Part shown: one piece after another, positions 54,554 to 64,000 of the stretch
Layout: each line of letters starts with the position of its first letter
How positions within the stretch are numbered: position 1 is the stretch's first letter
Translations under genes and position numbers: made by a program
NCBI GenBank assembly: GCA_040954595.2
Contig: CM082576.2
Coordinates: forward strand, 11,721,129 to 11,785,128
DNA: 64,000 nucleotides
Origin: Balanoglossus misakiensis
Taxonomy: Eukaryota > Animalia > Hemichordata
Direction of reading: 5' to 3'
The notes under the pieces: model-generated
The model's database searches: none
Told to the model about the DNA's origin: nothing
Seen by the model: only the letters and a program-made list of their open reading frames with translations

Positions 54554-57500
54554 CTCACAGCTATAGTAGGCTGCCAGCGGCATCTCGGCGTGTGGAGTCA
54601 ACGGTTCAATTTACTAAAACACCTTCGCACTGTGAATCGGGCAACTTGAAAACCGTTTGATAAGGAGGGGTGGTAGGCATGGGAATAACCTGTCAATCAT
54701 TTGTTTCAACTCACAATGCAAATGTCTGCGCCATTTTTTTTCTGAAAACGCAACACTTTTTCGGCGTCTACTATCTGTGGCCATTACTAACGTTTGGCCA
54801 TTACTAACTTTTTTTCAATATAATAATACATATCCGTCAACACAAGCGTTGGAAAGTTCCATCTCTGCCGGGTCGTGTGCAGGTCAAAAAGTATGTATGA
54901 ACCTCCGGGAGTACGCCAACCCAAAACAACAACGGAACTTTAGTTCTTTATCTTTGTAAAAATGCATGGATGCTAGACTGTCCCACTTCACGTGGTTTGA
55001 CAGATTCACATTAGTGTTTCCTCAAGGCTCGCCTGACCACACCCATGATCAACGCCTTCTGTTGTCAATCCATTTACTGGCGTTACCACAATACTTGCAC
55101 ATGAAAATATCACATCCAATGGAAAATAAATGCAAAACATGGCATTTTCACCCATAAAGACAAAATATTTATCGAAATGGGATATTTGAGTTACCAACAT
55201 TCAAACATCCAAGGCCCATTTTGCCATAGGGTTCCAAGAGTAATCTCTGTGATTTCTGTCTTCACTCAATTCACACAAAAGACCACTTTGTGGATTGCAA
55301 ATTTTCAAAACATTTTTAAGTAGAGGCAAAGAGGCATGTTTTCAATAATTTAAATATCAATTTGACTAAACCTGTCTATCTTGGCGTCCTAAAAAATCAG
55401 AACTTAGTCATGGTAACTTATGTCGATATCAAGAAAAGTTTTTTCCTTTACACGTGTAAGCAAAACAAAAAATATACCAACTTTGAAGGTGTTCCTGTCG
55501 ATTCTAAAAAAATACGTATGCAGGTGAGAGTAGAGCTACACAAAGAATAACTTTTCTTGTTTAATACCCCTCATAAATAATTAATATGAATAATATGTAG
55601 CCTAGATTGAACACCGGCCTTGTCAATCACTCAAAAATGTTTTAACTTTGCCTGCAGAATTCCTGCGGACGATCTTCCTGGGGAACATCCAGCTAACATT
55701 GAAATACCAGAAGCGATGGAATGTGGTGTTGCGTTATATTGGAATTACAAACTGTGCCGCCTGACAAAACATTTTGAACACTGTGAGATTTGCACCATAA
55801 GGAGCAGATGCCCAGAATGCAATGGACAGACGCTTGCCACCTACACATGTGCATCACGAAATCACGATGCGCGCGCACAAAGTGTAGAATACAAAATAAT
55901 ACTATTGATTTACCAGACTTGTATATAAACAAGATGTATTTTTTAGCGCTGTGTGTCTTTCGAGAGATGCACTTGAACCGAAACGGGACAAAATTCGCGA
56001 TTTCAGATAAGCATCTAACCCGGAACGAAGCTGGAAGTTCTCACGACCCGACCGAGGAAAACCTCCTGTTGCCACGCCCTGTTCGCAAAAAAAAACATAT
56101 CCGATAATCGTCTACTCTTGATTTCTGTCGGGTCGCCAGTGCGTATAAGTAGATCTGGAAAACGTCCTCGGTGCAGTATGAACAAAATGATTACAAAATT
56201 TACCTTTAGCCGAAGGATGATGATAAACAGCCGTTATTCGTTCCTTCATTCATTCACTCTCTCTCTCTCTCCGCCTGGATCGATGGATACTTTGATCACC
56301 GTGACAACGACAGCTGTTACCCGCTGTTGTCACAGTGTTCAGTTAGCGAAATTGTGCCCTCTTTCGATGAAAATTTTTCACTGGATGATGCGCGTCAGTG
56401 ACCTTTCCTTTAATGCGTGAACTATATAGTTCTCCATTCCCTTTGTGATGGGCTCTCGCTCTGCCAAGCACGCGATTGCTTTTACGGGCCTAAGTGTCCA
56501 TATGCCACGAGGGTAAATTTGCGAGTGTAGCGAATTCTCATAATGATATATAATAATTGAGATTACAACTGCCGCCGTGACGATAAACCCTCGGTCACTG
56601 ACCGTGATGAACATAAGCGTTCGCTGCTATAATTTGTCGGCAGTGGACGGGTGTCGTTTTCCGTGACGTGGTTTTGCGCACGTGCTGCAAGCTACATACG
56701 ACCGGCCTAGCTAGCCAAGTGAGTGCAAAAGGCGTGCGCCAGCTCCAACTTCGAACTTCCACCCTCTCACAATTGCATAAGCGAAACGATGACTCCAAAA
56801 GACAAAGGCGTCTGTTGTTATGAGCGGTGCACGTTTTCCACTTATGGAACTGCATCTGCCACAGCGCCATTGCAACTGATGCACTGACTGAGATTTTAGA
56901 TATTGTCGCGGTTTTGGAAAATGTCGATTTGATGGCGAACGGAGGGGGGGATAGAGGCCCTGTCTTGAGTTTCCGCATCAGCTTAATTTATGCGCGCAAA
57001 TACTGAGTATCAAGTCTGCGTCACGGCTAGCGGCCATGCATGTGAACCACCCTAGTCGTTTCCAGGGAAACGACCTAGAAAAATTGAAATCGGAAACAAG
57101 GGTCTCTGTCAGGAGTCCCTGATATGGCCTACCCAGGCCGTCATTTTTATTGATGATGTGCAGACGTGAACGTGTTCGATCGAGCGGACATGCAAACCGT
57201 CCCTTTTTTTTCGCTGACCTGGACAATGCAATGCCTCGCTGCATGAAGTGTATGATATTACTGGGTGCGAAGACGCCGACGCAGATTCCCAGGGTCAGTG
57301 TTATTAACACTGTATGGGAGCGGTTATTTTTATGTACACATCTGCGGTGACCTGTTTTGATGGCAGATAACTTGACCTGCGTAGCACGTCGAACGTGCGA
57401 CATGACAGGCTGCCAATAATTTAGTCCGATAAAAAGCTAAAAATAAAAAAAATGATTTAAAAAAAAAAATATATGACTTGAATTTATGCTGGAGGTCACC

Positions 57501-60500
57501 CGGAATAAATTATTTGAATGTATGCATATCGCGCGGTAGTCAAAGGTATGCAAACATGTTTACGCTACCCTAGATGAGAGTAAACTGATACGCTGTAATT
57601 TCTTATTACATCGAGTTTGGAATTCGGTAGTTTACTAAGTAACAATCAAGCCCAGACATTACATGTTGGTGTCGTTTGCTGCTAAGGCGTTTATCAGTCG
57701 AGTTTTGAAGGAAAAAAACGGGGATTTGGGGAGTGAGGGAAAAGGTCTGGTTGAGAAAAACGCACGTGTATGGCTGGGAAGATTGCAGTGTAATGGTGCA
57801 AAAAATACAAATACTTGATTACACAACGTGGAGAAATGCAATTTTAGCCATATGTGCTTTCCAAATTGAGAAACAAACAAACTAAAATGTGCCACCTATA
57901 TGCGATGAGGGCGCTTCAATGCGGGCGGGCTGACGAATATATGAGCGTCCACACGAGATATTTTGCTCAATGATACGTCAGTGGTAATTTGAAGCACGCG
58001 AGAGGCAATTGATATTTAGCGATGACTTTTGCACGCCTGGCCCGGATGAAAACATGATGATATGCTGACGAGATTCCACAGGGGCACAATTTATTCCCGT
58101 CAGGCAAGCCTAGATGAGCGGTTGATACGTTAATATGTTGATTTTTTTGTTGATCGTTGCAAATGCTACGCATCTGTACACATGCGTGCGTGCCTTCATT
58201 CATTCATTCTAATAAAAGAGCGGATGAAAATGGCGTGTAAGCTTAATACGTGATGGTTGCACTCCTTCTGTCCGGCTATAAATGAATTGGGCGGTCGTGT
58301 ACATGTAGCTGGGAGTCGCCCTACTAAAGCTAACCCCGCGGCCTCGATCATAACATTAACAAGCTACATGTTTGTAATAGCGAGTTTGGGCGTTGGCCTT
58401 CCTTGCAGGTGAACGATGGCAAGTTTCGCCGCATCACGGAAACAGACCCGTGCCCTACGTTAAACAGTGCATTGGGTTCAACGAGAAAAAAAACCTACAT
58501 GGCACTGCGGGCGAGTTGTTGTGGGCTCCGTTTTTGATGGAAAATCGTTGAAGCTCGTCGGTAAGCGCTACCTCTGTCACATGTAACGTTACAAAGAGGA
58601 TACAGTTGCTGGCAGTCGCTTTAAAACACTAAAATTAAACGCAATTTGACGTTGCATTTTTCAGACTTACCTTAATTAGAGACAGATACACACCAGATCG
58701 GTTTTGCTATCCTTGTAACAGTCTAAAAAACGGCCGAGAGGAGAAAGAGGAGGCAAAATACGCTCTCGCCTGTTGTTGGTCGTGTCAGTGAAAGTGTAAG
58801 TTGTACACACTGAATGCTGGGCGCTGTTACTCATCATTCCGTTTATGAGATCTGTTGATTACATATGCGAGGGGTGGCAGCTTATGGATTGCGCGGAGAG
58901 GGGAATGTTTCTTTGACAACGGAGAATCTCTGAAGTGATAGGCGGTGATGGCGACAGACAAGGGGCAATTTCCATTGACTTTAATTTCTAAAACATCGAT
59001 TTCAATCGCGAAATATCGTAAAGGTGACACGGTAGATTTTTGACCCTCCCCACCACAAAATGCGGTCCCCGACTTGAACTTTGGATCGTCTAACACGATG
59101 CCTGATTACTGTCACTGCAGAAGCGATTGTAGATGCTTGCCCCAGATCCTCGCAGAAAAGCGTCAACAGATACACGTCCAGTGGCAATTTTATTCCCACC
59201 GAAGCTTAAATTTAGTTAACACGAAATGAAAACGTTTGAAAACCATTGGCCTCTCCGACAAAGATGCACCATTGAATGTTCGTAGTCACGACCAACAAAA
59301 AATGCAGTAGGAGAGTAGCCATCAGAATTCCAATCATACTCTGGGATGATATCAATCATGATGCACAGAAAGCCCCTCTGCGGTTGGCTGTAAAGCGAAG
59401 CCGACCGTCAAACGCAGTTATTAATAATTTGCATCTATAATAAGTCATTAAAGATTGGAGATGAGAAAATTCCGACTCCTAAGAGCAGTGTTCCTTATGC
59501 ATGTGGGCAGCGCCGGCCAACCCCCTTCTTGGCGGCAATAACATTCTCGCTGATCGTTGTCATTTGCCCTGCCTCTCTTGTAGAATGCGGTTGAGTGTTC
59601 TGGCTTTGCTTGACCCGAGGTCATGATGCTGAGAAGTAGGAGGGACTATATTCCCTCATGCCCAACTTGGGTCTAGGTTTGTGCGTAGTGTATTATTCAG
59701 CAGATATGTACACTCGCGTCGGTTTAGAGGAGGTCACGCTGACATATTTGATACTGTGGTGTATTTTTGCCCACACATTCGTACATACACGCAAACGTCG
59801 TGACGTACATGTAACAGGACAGAAATAGCCGCCGAAAATTTCCGTTACACTTCTCACAATTATCTTGTATAAATGCAAATGTGTTCCAAATCAACCTTAC
59901 ATAATTAGTACGCTCAATATTTTTTTTTTAAAAGTGGTACGTCTGGAAACGATCGGTAAGACGTCAACGACCATATTTTAAACACTCTCAAATTGATGTC
60001 AACACATGACATTTCTCTCCCCATCCACGCTGTGGGTGGACCCCTTGTTGCTTGTTTTTTTTTATCTGGTCTAGCAACGGGGGCGTTCTTGATTTTTGCC
60101 CTGTTTCAAGAGAACCTTACTGTGCCCTTTTTTCGCCAATTGATCTGTTAAATAGTTGCTCCTTTGTTATATACACATAGAGTGTGTGGACTTGTTTTCA
60201 ATGAAACCATTGAGTGGCAGCGATTCATTTACAAATCCCTGTGACCCTGACAGCCCCGTGCCCCTATTTTCGCGCCAACATCTTCAGCTTCCTTTACAAG
60301 GGCTGGGTGAGAGCAATTTCAAGAAGAGGCCGGCCAGGCCCTCCGCTACCGGGCCTCTTCACTACAAGGCCACATCCCACTCCCCTCTCAGTGCCTTCCA
60401 AGGTCCCGCCCCCTAAAATATCACCCAGCTGGAATTATTGCAAAGCCACACAGACAGGCATCGGAGATGCAGTCAGTTTTTACTATAAACTTTTTTTACA

Positions 60501-60990
60501 AAAAGAAATCCTGATATGTGAGATTTTAGTACAAGTGTTAGAAATTAATTGACGATTTTGCGAAGGGTAGATTTTTCCATTAAAACGACTCGTGGGATTC
60601 CTTTCCCGATTTCCGCGCGTGCGCTATGCTTTCTTCTACTGACAGTGTACAGTCCATGATCCCATCTCTCAGTGACCGTAGACATGTGGTAGCTTGAATC
60701 GTAAACAAAATTATCAACTGAAAGTGATCACTCTCTTTCCCAACAAGCAATATCAAGTACAGTCTGATCGATGAGAAGCTTACATGTAAACACAAACAAC
60801 AAATCAGTTGACAATGGCATATTTTTTCAGCTTGAAAAACTTGGTGAGATAATGGTGCATGTGGATTGCACACAAAAAACACAAAAACGATGTCATTTCT
60901 ACAGATACTCATGAGCCAAGCAAGACCGAGATTTCCAACATCACATCACAGCATTACTTCGGGAGTACCCGGCATTTCTGTACTATATAT

Positions 60991-61859
60991 TGTTACGTAG
61001 GAGAAGTTTGCTCTTGTTTTGTGACCAGGTGTGCATATTTCTGGTAAAGAAAATGTCATCCGGATGCACTATCAAGAGTATAGGATTTTTTTTTGAAGTG
61101 ATTAACAAATGTAATTATTCTTGAAAAACGCCACTATTGTAACGTTTTTCTTTTCTGAGGGGGGAGGTGTTACGTATAGGAGAAGTTTGCTCTTGTTTTG
61201 TGACCAGGTGTGTTTTCGCTTACTTTCGTAATTTGAATTTTGCGTGACCAGGTGTGGTGCATTCATTATTTTCCCCATATAAAAAGCCCGCACGTTGTGT
61301 TGCGGCGGAGCTATTTTATTTGGACTTGCCCGTGTGAGCTGTTCTGTTCCTCGCCGGCTTGGAAGATGTGCCTTATTTCCTGATACACTGGTCTGGAAAC
61401 CGCGCCCAGAAACTGTGCTGTATTTCATGCTGTCCTGGTCTGGAAACCGCGCCCCGAAGTCGTGCTACCTCATGGGGAATTCGTCCGAAAGCCGTGCCGT
61501 CTACCGGGGAATTGTGCCAGAACGCTACTCGGACTGAACGTCGCTGTTGGGACTGCATGCCGTGGTGCTGGTCGCGTTCGTCGTGCGCTACGGAAGCTTG
61601 GACTTTAGTTTTTCATTTCCCACACCTGGTCACATTTAAGGTAGTCATTTATTTTACTGTGTTTTTTTCTCAGTGTACAGTTATTTTATATTTACCAATG
61701 TTTAGTTGTAGTAATTAGAAGTTCCCATAAGCAAGGAAATAACGTGTGCTGTGCCTATTGTTGACCGTTTTTGTTGCGTGCTGCGCTGGTTGGTTCACCA
61801 AAGCGAGCCTATTTGCTCACTGCCCTGTTTCGGAACTGAACGGCCAGCGTGTCGTAACA
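60991..61859 (+). mobile_element. Internally deleted LTR retrotransposon remnant (truncated 5' LTR, polypurine tract and complete 3' LTR), Gypsy-like
   Basis: The full LTR at 61168-61859 is bounded by TGTTACG...CGTAACA and directly preceded by the polypurine tract GAGGGGGGAGG (61157-61167). The first 43 bp of the LTR are repeated at 60991-61033. ATAT flanks both outer ends (4-bp TSD), and TATAAAAA lies at 61278. Confidence 0.82.
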
Positions 61860-62148
61860 ATATTTCTCCGTGGACTGCACATTCCGGATCACGTACAGAC
61901 TACCGCTCAAATCTTTAATAATATTGTGGATTGTGTATGCTAATTTTGATCATCGTCGTGCATACCGAGAGTTGGAAACCATTCTCGGGTTATCTGCCCG
62001 GAAACACGGTGTTCGAATTCGATTCGTGTCTTATTGCGCGTGGGCACATGTAAATCTAATCACGAACCGACGTAACACGTTTCCTGAAGATAAATTTGGA
62101 CTGCGAGAGACACTCGAATGCAGAATATGTGAAATACTGGACAGTAGT

Positions 62149-62182
<34 letters not shown>

Positions 62183-62191
62183 CACACACAC
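62149..62191. repeat. (AAC)n followed by (AC)n compound microsatellite
   Basis: Seen directly in the sequence. Confidence 0.9.
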
Positions 62192-64000
62192 AGCGAGGAT
62201 GTTAGATCGCTTCAAGTTTTAATATATTCATAGAAAGTTCGAATAAAGTCCACAGCGTCCGTGTGTGGCGACCCTGTCAAGCTAAAGACATCCACCGTGC
62301 TTAAAGGCATGGTTGCACGCTATATGCTGCAGATGTGTCACGCATTATTTCCCATGATTATTTGTTTCAAAGCCAATGGTAATGGATGAGATAATAATTT
62401 GTGTCCTCCCTCACATATACGTCCCATTCAGTACCAGAGACAAGATTTGATAAGGTGGGAAAAGTGACATTACATTTATGAAACATCAAAGATTATCATT
62501 AAATGATCTTAATGCCATCAACAATTGAGAGTAGTTCCTATCGCAGACAAAATGACTCCTAAAATAGGGAATAAAAAATGCAAAATCTTCCCAGAAATAT
62601 ATGGTGTGGTAACAAAACATGAATCCAATACAGTCTTTTTGAAATCTAACATATTAAGACCCGTGCACGTGGAAAGTAGCCTACCCGGGGTAATAAAAAA
62701 CACAAGTTACCCAACTCGGTTGATCAGAGTGGCTTATGCAAAAGAACACCCAATTGTAAATATATCATTCTCTTTCTCTCCTTATTATCAAACTTATTCA
62801 AAATTTAAAATGTGATACATGTATTTCAAAACCTCTCTTCTCTAAATTCTAAGCTATGTTCACCCCTTGTACCTCAGAAATGTACCGCGAGGCGCGTAAC
62901 GTGAATCGAAAAGCGTCATCAACGGTCTCAATCGACACTATTTCTTTCCTTCGTTTAGTCTAATACACCTAAGGTTAAATCTACGTCTATTATATTTTAC
63001 AAAACTTTTGTCGAGTGAAAAGTTCAACTCGAATGCATTAATTAAAGCAGGCGGGATAGTATGAATATGTACAAGAGGTTTATTCCGAGTTTGAACGCAT
63101 GCATTTATACTAGACAAGGGACTTCAGATCTGGTAGAGGTGGGCAGTAAATTACTGCTGCGTCTCACACACATTTTAAATAACGTTATTGTTTGTCTATA
63201 AACTCCATAGATATCGATTTTATCGAATGCGACGTGTGAAATATTTGGTTAATGTGAATGTAGAAAGAGAGACAGAGATTGGGTTTTTCGAGAATTTTCT
63301 GATCACGACTGCCGGTGGTTTCACAGAAAGGACTATATCGGGACAAAGTGAGATATGCAAATGTACAAAGAGGGTAAGCCACATGGTCTTCGAGGTCAGC
63401 CAAAAGACAGAACGCAGACGTAATCAGAGTCAGAAGAAAATTGGGATTATTCGACACAACTTGGTATATTTTCGTGTGTTTTTAAAACCCATGGAATTCC
63501 AATGCAATGATTTTTGTCCCTAACTGTCTGACTAATTCAATAACAAATTGAAGTGATGTACCTGTTTCGCATTATTCCTTCACCAAAATGACCAACCATA
63601 TTTATTAGCATTTTAAATGCGTTCGTTAAGCAGTAAAGCCGTGTCAGCCGAGCTCCTGCTTTGTGACACGTAATTAAATTATACTGTGCCCACCGGAGTT
63701 CTATTTATAGCGCCAGGTAAAATGTGCTCCCGATAATACGCTTTCAACCCTAGGGTAAGCGGTGACGGACATGCGGAACTTGTCTTGTCCGCAAACCTCT
63801 GATCTGTAGTCACGTGACGATTAGATATTACCATGGACGTACCACATGATATTACACGAGTTGATCGCAATAGGTATAACTTACACGCACCAGAGATACT
63901 CAGTTTTCAATAAAAAAATACATAAACGTACAAAAAGACAAAAAAGAAACTGCTGCGTGAAGGTATGGGCAGATCAACAAACAAAACGCGTTTGCACTAA

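Noticed and set aside
55620-55928. ORF with CxxC-x5-CxxC pattern
   Set aside because: It has a non-ATG start and no family match, and the nearby donor does not join this frame.

Overview
This is intron-rich animal genomic DNA; a marine invertebrate deuterostome such as an echinoderm is my inference from gene content and repeats, not something proven. I reconstructed nine protein-coding loci by hand from GT-AG junctions: an SLC16 (MCT) transporter (-), a calmodulin-like EF-hand protein (-), a catalytically degenerate GCPII/NAALADase/transferrin-receptor-family (M28B) protein (-), a CYP4 P450 (+), a divergent intronless V-ATPase subunit G ORF (-), an SLC5A8/NIS-type symporter (-), POLR2I/RPB9 (+), an intronless 514-aa orphan ORF (+) and a cornifelin/PLAC8 gene (-). 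Repeats include a 503-bp spacerless palindromic element with target-site duplication (TSD), a 157-bp MITE, an internally deleted LTR retroelement and microsatellites. Top lead: a 283-nt GT-AG intron would join the SLC5 transporter in frame to the V-ATPase G ORF as a 689-aa fusion, and this SLC5 has also lost conserved Na2-site residues. There is no transcript evidence in the window, so all exon models are predictions.
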